Assembly: GCA_951406725.2 (NCBI GenBank)
Contig: OX597842.1
Span: 8,556,001-8,620,000, forward strand
Source: Octopus vulgaris
Taxonomy: Eukaryota
Reading direction: 5' to 3'
Length of the DNA stretch: 64,000 bases
Below, piece by piece: positions 1 to 12,463 of this stretch. Below the pieces are notes generated by a model, which was given only the letters and a program-made list of their open reading frames with translations, had not been told where the DNA came from and made no database searches. Positions within the stretch are counted from its first letter, which is position 1. The number at the start of each line of letters is the position of its first letter. A program made the position numbers and the translations under genes.

Positions 1-179
1 GATAATAATAGTTTCAAAATTTTTGTACGAGGCCAGCAACTTTTTTTCGGGGGGGGGGGGGCAGGGTTTTAAGTTGTTTACATCAACCCCAGTGTTCAAA
101 TCGTACTTATTTTATCAAACCCCGAAAGGATAAAAGACAAAATCAACCCTGCTGGGATTTGAACTCAGAACATAAAGAC

Positions 180-218
<39 letters not shown>

Positions 219-769
219 GTAGTAGTAGTAATAGTAGTAGTAGTAGTAATTATAATAATGATGGTTTCAAATTTTGGCACAAGGCCAGCAATTTCTGGGT
301 AAGGGGCTGATCAATTACATCGACCCCCAATGTTCAATTGGTACTTATTTTATCGACCCTGAAAGGAAGAAAGGTAAAGTTGACCTCGGTGGAATTTGAA
401 CTCAGAACATAAGGATAGACAGAATGCCAAGCTCACCAACTTTTTAACAATGATGATAATAATAATAATAATAATAAATAATAATCCTTTCTGCTATAGG
501 CAAAAGGCCTGAAATTTGTGGGGCGGGGGATAGGTGATCACATCAACCCCAGTACTTGACTGGTACTTAATTTATCGACCCCGTTAAGACGTAAAGCAAA
601 GTCAACCTCAGTGGATATTGAACTCAGAACATAGTGACGGGCGAAATGCTGCTAAACATTTCGTCCAGTATGCTAATGATTCTGCTAACTCACTGCCTTC
701 AGTGAGTTATACATATGTGTGTGTATATATATATATATACATTTTGGTACTCCTTTCTACTACATTCAA

Positions 770-963
770 AATGTGACCTTGTGTGTACCGTTGGCAATTT
801 TTTTTCCTCTGTCTTCCCTTCTTTGGATCTTTCCTATGTTTCCGACGAAGAGCTCTGCTCGAAACGTTAAACCCTCCTTCTTTCCTGAGCGTCCAATAAC
901 ACTATACTTGTTCCACATCCTTGCATTGTTGTGTTTTTTTGTGCTTTCATGTTTGGATTAACT
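770..963 (+). mobile_element. Penelope-like terminal (pLTR) fragment with a degenerate hammerhead at 838-872
   Basis: Reverse-complement homolog of 14703-14908; the core reads CCGACGA...GAAACGTT; flanked by TA-rich repeats. Confidence 0.55.
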
Positions 964-1177
964 ATATATACATACATACATACTAGCATACTACTTCTAG
1001 CATAAGGGTTGTCCACATAGTGGTCATCCCTCTCATATGTATGTAATACAATTTACTGAACCTTCAGATTTTAATATGCTAGACCACAGGTGTTAAATTG
1101 ATGTCAATTAAATTAATATCCAATTTCTCACCCTCATTTTAAATTTATATATATGTATATATATATACACACGTGTC

Positions 1178-1478
1178 GAGGCGCAATGGCTCAGTGGTTA
1201 GGGCAGCGGACTCGCGGTCGTAGGATCGCGGTTTCGATTCCCTGACCAAGCATTGTGAGTGTTTATTGAGTGAAAGCACCTAAAGCTCCATGAGGCTCCG
1301 GTAGGGGGTGGTGGCGATCCCTGCTGTACTCTTTCGCCACAACTTTCTCTCACTCTTTTTTCTGTTGGCCTGCTCGATTAGCCAGCGGGGTGGCGTCATT
1401 AAAAGGCTAAGACAATGCGAAGCGCATTGTGACCAGTGATGTGTAGCAACATCTGATAGCCTGGTCGGTCACAGTGAT
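1178..1478 (+). mobile_element. tRNA(Arg)-like SINE family C (possibly octopus OR-type)
   Basis: A box tggctcagtgg, B box ggtttcgattcc, then a non-tRNA body; relatives at 10350-10650(-), 12.8k, 58.5k, 59.0k and 59.3k. Confidence 0.7.
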
Positions 1479-1856
1479 ATATACACACACATATTTAGAA
1501 GTGTGTCTTTGTAGGCAGCTCTAGTAAACGGAAACTGAAAGAAGCCTGCTGTGTGTGTGCATATATATATATAGTACAAAGTATATATATAGACAAAGTT
1601 TTGTCAGTGAACAGGTTGCGGTCTCAAAGCGCCGAAAATATTTTGACAAATTAAATTTAAATGTTGAAGTGAATCTAACGGTTTTTGTGTGTTTCTTAAA
1701 TGGTTTATAAACACCTTCCATGCTGCAATTGTTTTCGTTCCAGCACATGATCTCAGATCAGGTCACTTGCTATGCAAGTACATCTCCGTAATATATATAT
1801 ATAGCGTGTAAAAATTACCTATTAAAGGTAGTTTTCTCTTGTGTTTAAATGTACAC

Positions 1857-1888
<32 letters not shown>

Positions 1889-1914
1889 TATATATATATA
1901 TACACACATATATA

Positions 1915-2327
1915 TATATATAATATAAATCGGACATGGGTGATCGTTGCATTCTCTCTTGTCTTGAGGTTCACAGCCAAACGCCTGGGTGGATTCACAT
2001 GAAAAATGGCACACATGTGGAGACGGGTGCATAGATTGGAATGCAGTTTGTATTTTTTTCCTAACCCCCATATTTACCGAGAAAATCGATTAAAACCTTT
2101 TCTAATGGAATTCCCCTCTTTCTTCCACCATTAAAACAACCAGTTGCTTAGAAGCTGTTTTCTGACGGGTTTGGGGTCAGGAAATTTTCATACAGCTGGA
2201 GGCTCCAATCGAAACAGGGGACCCAAAATGATAAGCTTGAGAAATGCTGTCATAGATTATGCCTAACTGAAAACGATCACAGCCACATCATCCAAACAAA
2301 CCGGGTGAAACCGGGCTTAGCTGCTAG
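1915..2327 (+). mobile_element. Probable non-autonomous Helitron of a second family
   Basis: 3' end ccgggtgaaaccggg-cttagctg-CTAG|T; the 5' end is hidden in (TA)n. Confidence 0.55.
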
Positions 2328-2378
<51 letters not shown>

Positions 2379-2534
2379 TCTCTTTTTCTCTCTTTTACTT
2401 GTTTCAGTCATTTTGACTGCGGTCATGCTGGAGCACCACCTTTATATATATATATATAAACTAAATTAGAGATAAAACCACTATTAGGCAAATCAAATTT
2501 TCCCTGTAAGCTTGGATTTACTCCCTAATATTAT

Positions 2535-2568
<34 letters not shown>

Positions 2569-3310
2569 ATATATACATGGATACAAGAGATAAGTTAAGG
2601 TTGTGCTGATGATAGCTAATGAGGCAGAAACGTATGCACAACTGTCCTCTTATCTCCAGACAATAAGCCAGTGCTTTTCCTTAATAGCATGTCAGTTTTG
2701 GAGAATGTCTTGAGATTATCTCCCCTTATATAGTCTCAATTGCCGCTTGGTGACCATGAAACATGCTTCAGAGGTGGAGATGATTTTTTAATCAAGAATT
2801 GACATTTAAATGGATTTGGTTTTTCTGAGGATTATTATTATTATTATTATTACCATCATCATCATCATCATCATCATAAGGTGGTAAGCTGGAAAAAAAT
2901 CGTTAGCACACAGGGCAAAATACTTAGCAGTGTTTAGTCCAGCTTTTTACATTCCGTGTTCAAATTCCACTGGGGTCACCTTTATTTTTTATCCTTTTGA
3001 GGTTGATCAAATAAGTACCAGTTGTGTACTGGGGCCGTGCCAAAATTTGAAACTATTTTTATTATTTTCATTTTTATCATCATCATCATTGTCATCATCA
3101 TCATCATCATCATCATTATTATTATTATTGTTAAAGCATCAAAGAAAAATGCTGTGCCATTTTTAGTCACAGCTCTTACTGTTCTGGGTTCAAACCCTGT
3201 TGGGGTCATTTTGTCTTTCGCTGTTCTCAGGTCAATACAACTACGCATCAGTCAATATAATCAACTGCCCCCTCTCCTACCAAAAATTTGTCATGTCTGT
3301 GTTAGAAATG

Positions 3311-3364
<54 letters not shown>

Positions 3365-3838
3365 CTTAGCGGCATTGCATCTGTCTATATGTTTTGAGTT
3401 CAAATTTCATCAAGGTCGACTTTGCTGTTCATCCTTTCGGGGTTGATAAAATAAGTACCAGCTGAGTACTGGAGGGGTGGGCATGGGATGGATGCAATCG
3501 ACTTAACCCCCTTCCTTGAAATTCCGGCCCTTGTGCCAAAATCTGAAACCATTTTACTATTATTATTATTATTATTATTATGTTACGTTCTGAGTTCAAA
3601 TTCTGCCGGGGTCGACTGTGCCTTTCATCCTTTCAGGGTCGATAAAACAAGTACCAGATGAGTACTGGGGGTCGATGTAACCGACTTGACCCCTCCCTTG
3701 GAATTACTGGCTTTGTACCAAAATTTGAAACCATTATTATTTTCATCATCATCATCATCATCATAATTATTATTATTATTATCATTATTATTATTATTAT
3801 TATTATTGTAGTAGTTGTTATTTTCCGTTCACACAAAC

Positions 3839-3947
3839 CTGCGTTGTTTTCCGCATGGGCGAGTTTTCTCTGTTGGCGTTGTTTGCGGTGACGGCGGTGT
3901 TGGAGGAAGGAGAGGAAGAAGATGAGGACAAAGAAGAAGGAGTAGAA

Positions 3948-3978
<31 letters not shown>

Positions 3979-5608
3979 TCCGATTCGAGGCGATGTGCGA
4001 CTGGTTCGTCACAACGCTGACGGGAATTTGCAATGGCTTGTTGGCCGGAGTTCTGCTCGACGATAACAATGACGACGACGGCGACAACGACGATGATGAA
4101 GAAGACGAAGAAGACGAGGACAGCACAACGGTATTATCACTTTCTGAGCTCGAGAGGAAAAGTCTGTCTTTGGAAACGGTGATCCCTACTTTCGGGGGCA
4201 CAGCTGGCTTCACTCCGACGACGACGCTCGTTCCGCCAGTGCCTCCGCCCCCGCTTCCCCCACTGCCTCCCCCGCCCCCACTACAGGCGATAAGGACTGG
4301 TTTGTTGGGCGGCACGGGAGGCGGGGTCCCGCGGCCGATTGTCACCGCCTTTCGGGCGTGGCCAGCTCCTGCACCGGCCGAGGAAGAGGGGGGAGACGGG
4401 TGACCTGAGGTGGGTTGGCCAAACTGAAACGAGATCCTGCCGCCCCCGCTCGTACTCAGAACAGTGGCGCCGCCAGCCGCGCTGACGCTTATCCGGCTTC
4501 CACCGGATCCATCTGCACCCACCCCCGAAACAATGCGTATGTCCGAAGCCGGGCTGAAAATCTCCCCGGGTGACATGGGCCTCGATTCCATATGGAGGGG
4601 ATGGGCATGGCTACTACTGCTGTTGCTGTTCAGCTGGACAACGGGCTTCCGGCCCTCAGCCACAGCGGAGGCGGTGTAAAACTGTGGGGGTGGGGGCGGC
4701 GACGAGGAGGGAGGGGGAGGTGGCCGCGTCGGTGGGGAGGAAGAGTAGCAGGAGGATGTGTACAAAGCGGTGGAGGGCGAGGCAGAGGACGAGGACGACG
4801 ACGTGGAAGCAGAAGAGGAAATCTGCAGAGTCGCAGTGGAGTCGATTGTCACTGGGTTCGTGGAGTGGTGTGGCGCGACCTTTGCGGACGGCGAGCCGGA
4901 CGACAGCGACGACAGAGGGATTGTGCACTCAACGTTCTGTTCGTGGGTGGCGTCGATGGCAGCGACCGGAGCGAGGCACACCTCAGCTTCGCAACCGCCC
5001 ACCGCCAAATTTATTGTCTCGCTGTGTTGCACGTTTCCATCGCCGGCGCTGCTGACGCTTTGGCTGCTCTCACCCAAGAAGCTGCCGTCATCGTCGCCGC
5101 CAACCGTCGTGGGGTCCGTGACACCGTCATCCCCGGCGCTGATAAAACTAAGTTGACTGCTGCTGTTGCTGCTGCCGCTACTAAGGGCCCCACCGACACC
5201 ACTCCTGGCCTGCTGTAGCTCCCGATGTAACTGTTCCACCTGCTCTCTCAGCTCCTTGTTCTTGCTCTCCTCGCGTGACACGCGGCCCCTAAGCTGCTCC
5301 CGTTCTGTGTCAAAGTCGCTTAGCTGCTTCTCCATGGCGGCCTCGATCTTCAGCGACTTCTTGCTCTCCTGAACGAGACCCTCCGCCATGCTCATCATCT
5401 TGTCCTTTTCATCATTCATGATGTGCTCCATCTCGTTGCACTTTCGCTTCTCCTGCAGGATCCGCTCGACCAGCTTGCGCCGCTCTCGGATCAGCATTAG
5501 CGCCACCTGCTTGTGTTTCGCCGAGTTTTCCCGCTCTTCTTCCAAGTTAGCCAGAGTCTTTTTTAGGTCTTTCTCCATTCGGCGGCTTTGGTTTTTTTCA
5601 AACTCAAC
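3839..5608 (-). CDS. CTTNBP2: CTTNBP2-like large exon: end of coiled coil followed by a Ser/Gly/Pro-rich region
   Basis: Acceptor ttctctttccag|GTT, in frame with the 586-aa ORF; GC-rich and codon-like. Contains RGTPPPVPPNKP (compare vertebrate RGNPPPIPPKKP) and KPAVPPK SH3-ligand motifs. Probable donor CAG|gtttgt at 3839/3838; without splicing it stops at 3818. Confidence 0.9.
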
Positions 5609-5684
5609 CTGGAAAGAGAAGAGAGAGAGAGAAAGGGAGAGAAAGAGATGGCGTGAGTGATTGAGAGAGACTGGCAGATGGAGA

Positions 5685-6372
5685 GATGATTAAGATAGAC
5701 TGATTAAGAGAGACTGATTAAGATAGACTTGACAGATGGAAAGATGATTAAGAGAGACTGATTAAGAGAGTCTTGACAGATGGAAAGATGATTAAGAGAG
5801 ACTGATTAAGAGAGACTGATTAAGAGAGACTGATTAAGATAGACTTGACAGATGGAAAGATGATTAAGAGAGACTGATTAAGAGAGTCTTGACAGATGGA
5901 GAGATGATTAAGATAGACTGATTAAGAGAGACTGATTAAGATAGACTTGACAGATGGAAAGATGATTAAGAGAGACTGATTAAGAGAGTCTTGACAGATG
6001 GAAAGATGATTAAGAGAGACTGATTAAGATAGATTGATTAAGATAGACTTGACAGATGGAAAGATGATTAAGAGAGACTGATTAAGAGAGACTGATTAAG
6101 AGAGACTTGACAGATGGAAAGATGATTAAGAGAGACTGATTAAGAGAGACTGATTAAGATAGATTGATTAAGAGAGACTTGACAGATGGAAAGATGATTA
6201 AGAGAGACTGATTAAGAGAGACTGATTAAGATAGATTGATTAAGATAGACTTGACAGATGTAAAGATGATTAAAATAGACTGATTAAGAGAGACTTGACA
6301 GATGGAGAGATGATTAAGATAGACTTGACAGATGGAAAGATGATTAAGAGAGACTGATTAAGATAGACTGAC
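5685..6372. repeat. Two-monomer minisatellite (gattaagagagact / tgacagatggaaagat)
   Basis: Irregular alternation of 14-bp and 16-bp units. Confidence 0.9.
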
Positions 6373-6612
6373 AGATAAAGCTAGAGAAAGAGAGAGAGAC
6401 AAACTGACTGGTAGACAGACAGACAGATAGAATGCGAGAGAAAGAGGGGTAAACTTATAAATATATAAATAGATAGATATTCTTAAAATAATAAAGGGTA
6501 ACAAAATTTTAGAAATTTTTCTACTAGTGGCCTAGCATGTATAAAAAGTCAATAGATGACATATTTTCCATATAAAATTAGTGTACATTTAAAAACACAA
6601 AAAGAGGTGACC

Positions 6613-6673
6613 CTGATGAGAATTTTGCCTAGCAAATTATTTTATTTGCTAATTAAAGTTCGAAACCTAAGTC
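6613..6673 (+). ncRNA. Hammerhead ribozyme core with long stem II; stem I disrupted
   Basis: CUGAUGA-gaauuuu...uagcaaau/auuugcua...aaaguuc-GAAAC(cuaa)GUC. No good stem I partner lies immediately upstream. Confidence 0.5.
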
Positions 6674-6868
6674 TGGCAGTAAAATACACGGTAAAAGTTT
6701 TTATTTTTCATTTCCTTTGAAATTGATCTCTTAAATCTGGTTTTGGATGCTTTGACTGGCTCCTTCTAGCATGTAAGGTGGCCTGTTAAGGGTCACCTCT
6801 TTTTGTGTTTAAATGTACACTGATTTTATATGATAGATAGATAGACAGAGAGAGAGAGAGAGAGAGAA

Positions 6869-6947
<79 letters not shown>

Positions 6948-6958
6948 TAGATAGCGAG

Positions 6959-6993
<35 letters not shown>

Positions 6994-7878
6994 TATATAG
7001 ATAGATAGATAGACAGACAGACAGGGAGGCAGGGAGGCAGAGAGAGGAGTAAACAAGAGAGAGGAGTAAACTGCCAGACAGACAGACAAACAGACAGACA
7101 GACGAACAGACAGACAGACAGATAGAAGGATCAGTAGGCAAATGGACAGAGAGATAGAAAGATGGCTAGAGAGACAGACTGATAGACAAACAGATAGACT
7201 GACAGAGAGGCAGAGAAAGGTAGATAGATACATGGATAAAGGAAGAAAAAAGAGAGAGAGACAGAAATAGGTAGAAAGACAGAGAGAGAAAGACATGGCT
7301 GAACGGACAAACAGACAGACATATACATAGGAGATAGGGAGATAAATAAGAAAAGAAAACGAGATAAATAAATGGGTGTGTGTGTGTGAGAGAGAGTGTA
7401 TGTGTGTGTATGTGCGAGTATGTGTATGTATGTGTGTGTATATGTGTGAGTGTGTATGTGTGTATGTGTGAGTGTGTATGTGCAAGTATGTGTGTGTATG
7501 TGTGTGTGTATGTGTGAGTGTGTATGTGTAGTGTGTATGTGTATATGTGCGAGTATGTGTGTGTATATGTGTGAGTGCATATGTGTGTATATGTGTATGT
7601 GTGTATGTGCGAGTATGTGTGTGTATGTGTGTGTGTATGTGTGTGTGTATGTGTGTGTGTATATGTGAGTGTGTCTGTGTGTGTGTGTTGTGTGTGTGTG
7701 AGTGTGTATGTGTATGTATGTATGTGTGTGTGTGTGTGTGTGTCCGTGTGTCCATGCATACAAAACAAATTCAGAAGCATGCCTCAGTTAGAATTAGGCA
7801 GACATGTTGAAAATTAACAACTGAAAGAATAACCCTAATTAATAATGTTAATTAACTCTTTCAATTATACATTTACAT

Positions 7879-8275
7879 AGGCATAAAAGTGGCTGTGTGG
7901 TAGGTAGCTTGTTTACGAACCACATGGTTCCAGGTTCAGTCCCACTGCATGGCACCTTGGGCAAGTGTCTTCTACTATAGCCTTGGGCCAACCAAAGCCT
8001 TGTGAGTGGATTTGGTAGACGGAAACTGAAAGAAGCCCGTCGTATATATGTATATATATGCATGTGTGTGTGTATGTTTGTGTGTCTGTGTTTGTCCACC
8101 CAACATCGCTTGACAACCGATGCTGGTGTGTTAACGCCACCGTAACTTAGCGGTTCGGCAAAAGAGACCGATAGAATAAGTACTAGGCTTACAAAGTCCT
8201 GGGGTCGATTTGCTCGACTAAAGGTGGTGTTCCAGCGTGGCCACAGTCAAATGACTGAAACAAGTAAAAAAAAGA
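7879..8275 (+). mobile_element. tRNA-derived SINE family A (representative copy)
   Basis: Head ggcgcaggagtggctgtgtggtaag...ggttcagtccc, central (TA/TG)n, tail gactgaaacaagtaaaag. Other copies near 8.3k, 11.9k, 12.0k, 14.5k, 16.7k, 17.3k(-), 21.7k(-), 23.7k(-), 27.3k, 28.1k, 31.0k(-), 44.6k(-), 53.0k(-), 55.6k, 60.4k and 62.9k(-). Confidence 0.8.
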
Positions 8276-8862
8276 GATTAATTTAGCTGTGTGGACAAGA
8301 AGCCTGCTTTGAAACTACAAGCCTGAAGGGTTCAATCTCACTGCCCAGTACCTTGGACAAGGGTCTTCTACTATAACCCTCAGACCGTCCAATGTCTTGT
8401 GAGTGAATTTAGTAGATGGAAACTGGTGTTTGAATATGTTTATGTATATGTCTTTGTGTCTGTGTTTGTTCTTCCCACAGCGCTTAACAACTGCTGTCGG
8501 TTTGTTTACATCCCGTAACTTTGCAGTTCAGCTAAAGAGACTGATAAATAAGTACTGGGGATGGTTCGTTTGACTAAACCCTTCAAGACAGCACCCCAGC
8601 ATGGCCACAGTCCACTGACTAAATAAAACAAGTAACTGATAAAAGGACAGATAGTCCATCATCGGCTGCTCAATTGGAAATCATTGCAGTTTCGACACCT
8701 ACACATACATACATTCATACATATTCATTTGATTCACTGTCAAAAGAGACCATGTATGTATGCATGAGTATGTGTGTATGCATGTGCATGAATGAGTGTA
8801 TATATATGTGTATATATCTACTTGTATATCCACACATGAAACTCAACCCAGCATTTCCTTAC

Positions 8863-8970
8863 CTCCTGCTTCAATCTTTCCCGCTCCTTCTCCAACATAT
8901 ATGTGACATCATCACCCTGAGCCGTGTCTTGCGCATGTTTCTGCTTCTCCTCCTCCAGTTCACTGAGCAC
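8863..8970 (-). CDS. CTTNBP2: CTTNBP2-like exon (VLSELEEEKQKHAQDTAQGDDVTYMLEKERERLKQE)
   Basis: Acceptor tgttttacag|GTG and donor GAG|gtaagg; 108 nt, phase 0/0. HAQDTAxGDDVTYMLEKERERL closely matches vertebrate CTTNBP2. Absent from the ORF track. Confidence 0.95.
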
Positions 8971-9273
8971 CTGTAAAACATAAAAACGGCATATATACTT
9001 TATTAAACATCAGCTGGCCTCTTCTTAATAGTTGTTTCGCCAACTGAAAGTCTGACGTCAATGGAAGAATGGTGACGTGTGCAGACGTAACCAGCTGCAA
9101 GTGTGCAGTAAGTTAGTCACTTATGCTTCAAATGATGCAAATGTGCAATGGGACTGAATAATCATTTGTGAGGTCATGGATGGAAAGTCAGAGTGCCACT
9201 GACAGCAAGGAAGCACAAGGAGGCAGCAATCACCATATATGTGTAGGTATGGGTATGATTGTGTATGTGTGTA

Positions 9274-9307
<34 letters not shown>

Positions 9308-9310
<3 letters not shown>

Positions 9311-9550
9311 GTTGTATGCAAGAGAAGAGACTGCGCTGGTTTGGTCCTTCGATGCGTATAAATGAGGACAGCTGCGTAAAGAAGGGCCAAGCTCTAACTG
9401 CGGAGGGTACCTGTGAAAGAGGTAGACCCAAGAAGACATGGGACGAAGTGGTGAGAAAGGATCTTCGGATACTGGGCCTCACTGAGGAAATGACAACGGA
9501 TTGGGAGATGTGGTGATTTTCTGTGCTTGATAAAACACGTCAAGCTAAAA
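9308..9550 (+). mobile_element. RTE-like LINE 3' fragment
   Basis: EKRLRWFG..MR...RGRPKKTWDEVVRKDL. Confidence 0.7.
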
Positions 9551-9669
9551 CCATTGACCTCCATACATACAGGTTTGTCCTTTCAGATGCCGGTGCCACT
9601 TAAAAAGCACTTGTGTCAATGAACGTTAAATACACCTATTTAATATGCAATAGGTGTATTTATCACACA

Positions 9670-10181
9670 CCGTAAATCCTTGAGTATAATCCACATTTTC
9701 CCTCCAAAATTTAAAGGTCAAAATCTCTAGTGCATACTATACACGAGGTTAAAAATGAAAAATATTTTCTAAGCAATGTCCGAGTCCCTATTTGTTGTCC
9801 GGCAATGTTTATTCAGACGCATTTTGTGATCTCAGGAGCGAAAATCCCTTAAGCTAAGCCTGAAAGCAATGAAGTCATAAAAGAATCATCCATAACTTGC
9901 AGTAAGCAACATTTATTAAACGTTATTACTGATATTTCTTTATTTTCTGCAAACAAAATGCACAAAAAAGCTACACGTTTGCATTATGTTATATATACAA
10001 TAATAATAAAGGACGTTACCATATACATTTTTACAAACCAAGGACGTTATATAGACCTCCTTGACTCAAGTTAGAGAAGGGGTGCGTATTATACACAAGG
10101 TTTAGGCTTTTCAGAGGTAAAGCCCCCTAAAACTCCCCTACGTATTATACTCAAGAGCGGACTATACTCGAGGATTTACGG
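9670..10181. mobile_element. MITE, Tc1/mariner-pogo superfamily (CCGTA termini)
   Basis: TIRs ccgtaaatccttgagtataatcc / ggactatactcgaggatttacgg, with TA on the right flank; non-coding interior. Confidence 0.75.
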
Positions 10182-11480
10182 TATTTATAGACAGGGAAAC
10201 ATACGTGTACATCTGTCAAAACACGTAGATCCACATATGCAAGGACACCCATTCTTGCACTCAGGTATACCTTGTACACATATATATGTATATGCTAGCA
10301 TGGAAAGTGGACGCTAAACGATGATGATGACGATGATGATGGTGATTGTTTGTTCCTTCCTTCTTGAACCATACCTGGCTCATAAGGGCTGACTTCCCTG
10401 TTTCTTGGTGTATAGGTTCCCCACCTGGACGGGACGCCGGTCCGTCGCAGGTGAGCTGCAAGATGCAGGAGGAATGAGTGAGAGAAAGTTGTGGTGAAAG
10501 AGTCAGCAGAAGTTCACCATTACCTTCTGCCGGAGGCACGTGGAGCTTAGATGTTTTACTCATAAACACACACATCGCCCGGTCTGAGATTCGAACCCGC
10601 GATCCCTTGACCGCGAGTCCGCTGCTCTAACCACTAGGCCATGTGCCTCCACATATATATGTATATGCAGGCTTACATGCATAAAAACACCCAGTGGCAC
10701 ATAAAAATCATCCTGCACACTCTGTTACGTGGTTGGCATCTGGAAGGGCATCCAGTCATAGAAACCACACCACAAGAGAATACTGGAGTCTGGACAGCTC
10801 CCTGGGTGGCCAGCTCTATGTCAAACCATCCAACCCATGCCAGCATAGAAAATGGACGTTAAACGATGATGATGATGATGAAGGTGATGATATACACACC
10901 CATATATATGGATTAAGGTAAGGAACCAATCCTATGACTGGCACCTGGCAGCTGCCAGGGCCGCTGGACTGACACCTCTGCAGGTGGCAAGTGAAGAAAC
11001 ATCATTTCGATCCTGTGCTTGAGATCCATTGAGTCAAGTACACCAACATCAAAATCAATGGAAACTGCAGTTGTGATTCCTGTGCCGGTGGCACGTAAAA
11101 TGCACCAATCCGATCGTGGCCGTTGCCAGCATCGTCTTGACTGGCTTCTGTGCCGGTGGCACATAAAAAGCTCCAACCAATCGTGGCCGTTGCCAGCATC
11201 GCCTTGACTGGCTTCTGTGCCGGTGGCACATAAAAAGCTCCAACCAATCGTGGCCGTTGCCAGCCTCGCCTGGCACCTGTACCGGTGGCACGTAAAAAGC
11301 ACCCACTACACTCACTACAGGGCATCCAGCTGTAGAAACACTGCCAGATCAGACTGGAGCCTGGTGCAGCCTCCTGGCTTCCCAGACCCCAGTCAAATCA
11401 TCCAACCCATGCTAGCACGGAAAACGGACGCTAAATGATGATGATAATGATGATGATGATGATTCAACAACAAAACTCAC

Positions 11481-11720
11481 CTTATGATACCGCTTTTCTA
11501 CCTGAGCCAGTTGTTCTCTCATCTTTAACTGTGCCCTCCTCTGTGTGGCAATCAGATTCTCCAACTGAGCTAGTTGGTTGTCGTACATGCATTTGATGGC
11601 TGCCTCGTCAAAGCTATGGTCCTTCATGTTATCCGAGTCGCGTTGCAGGGCTACAAATGGGTCGCCCAGTCCGAACCGGCCGTACTTTGCCTGGTACAGC
11701 AGCTGTTTGGCTTTCTCTGC
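11481..11720 (-). CDS. CTTNBP2: CTTNBP2-like exon (AEKAKQLLYQAKYGRFGLGDPFVALQRD...QLAQVEKRYHK)
   Basis: Acceptor ttcttgattccag|GCA and donor AAG|gtgagt; 240 nt, phase 0/0, no stops. YG...DPFxALQRD is a family motif. Confidence 0.93.
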
Positions 11721-12431
11721 CTGGAATCAAGAAGAATAAAATCAATCAATCAATCAATCTCTACCATTCGTCTATCTATGTATCTGTCTATCTATATGTT
11801 CGACTACATATATCAAACCATCTGTCTACCTGTCTTGTTTATCTGTATATCTATATATCTATATGTGCAGGAGCCGCTGTGTGGTAAGTAGCTTGCTTAC
11901 CAACGACATGGTTCTGGGTTCAGTCCTACTATATGGCACCTTGGGCAAGTGTCTTCTACTATAGCCTCGGGCCGACCGAAGCCCTGTGAGTGGATTTGGT
12001 AGACAGAAACTGAAAGAAGCCCATCATATATAGGCACAGGAGTGGCTGTGTGGTAAGTAGCTTGTCTACCAACCACATGGTTCCGGGTCCAGTCCTACTA
12101 TATGGCACCTTGGGCAAGTGTCTTCTACTATAGCCTCGGGCCGACCAAAGCCCTGTGAGTGGATTTGGTAGACAGAAACTGAAAGAAGCCTGTCGTATAC
12201 ATATATTAACCCACAAGAGACAAGAGAGACAGAGACAGGCAGAAACAAGGAAAATGCTACTTGTATTTGAACACTATACAAATATTCTTTAAAAAAAACT
12301 TTTCTTTTAATTTTTCTAAATTTAATTATTTAATCGTTACAGTTGAAAAGGTCTCAATGACTGAAACCGGTACTGAAATGTTTTTTATAAAATTATTTTA
12401 GCATTTTCTATCTTGACTTTTTTTTTCCATA

Positions 12432-12463
<32 letters not shown>

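Noticed and set aside
3855-5660. Plus-strand ORFs overlapping the large exon
   Set aside because: Antisense shadows of a GC-rich coding exon.
6809-7817. Long ORFs rich in HT, CV, YI or LS dipeptides here and at 18-20k, 37-42k, 45k and 57.8k
   Set aside because: Translations of (CA)n, (TA)n and (GACA)n microsatellites.
7848-8140. Recurring peptides such as DGLLSVSVYQIHSQGFG and RHLPKVPCSGTEPGTMW in many ORFs
   Set aside because: Conceptual translations of SINE family A, not a protein family.
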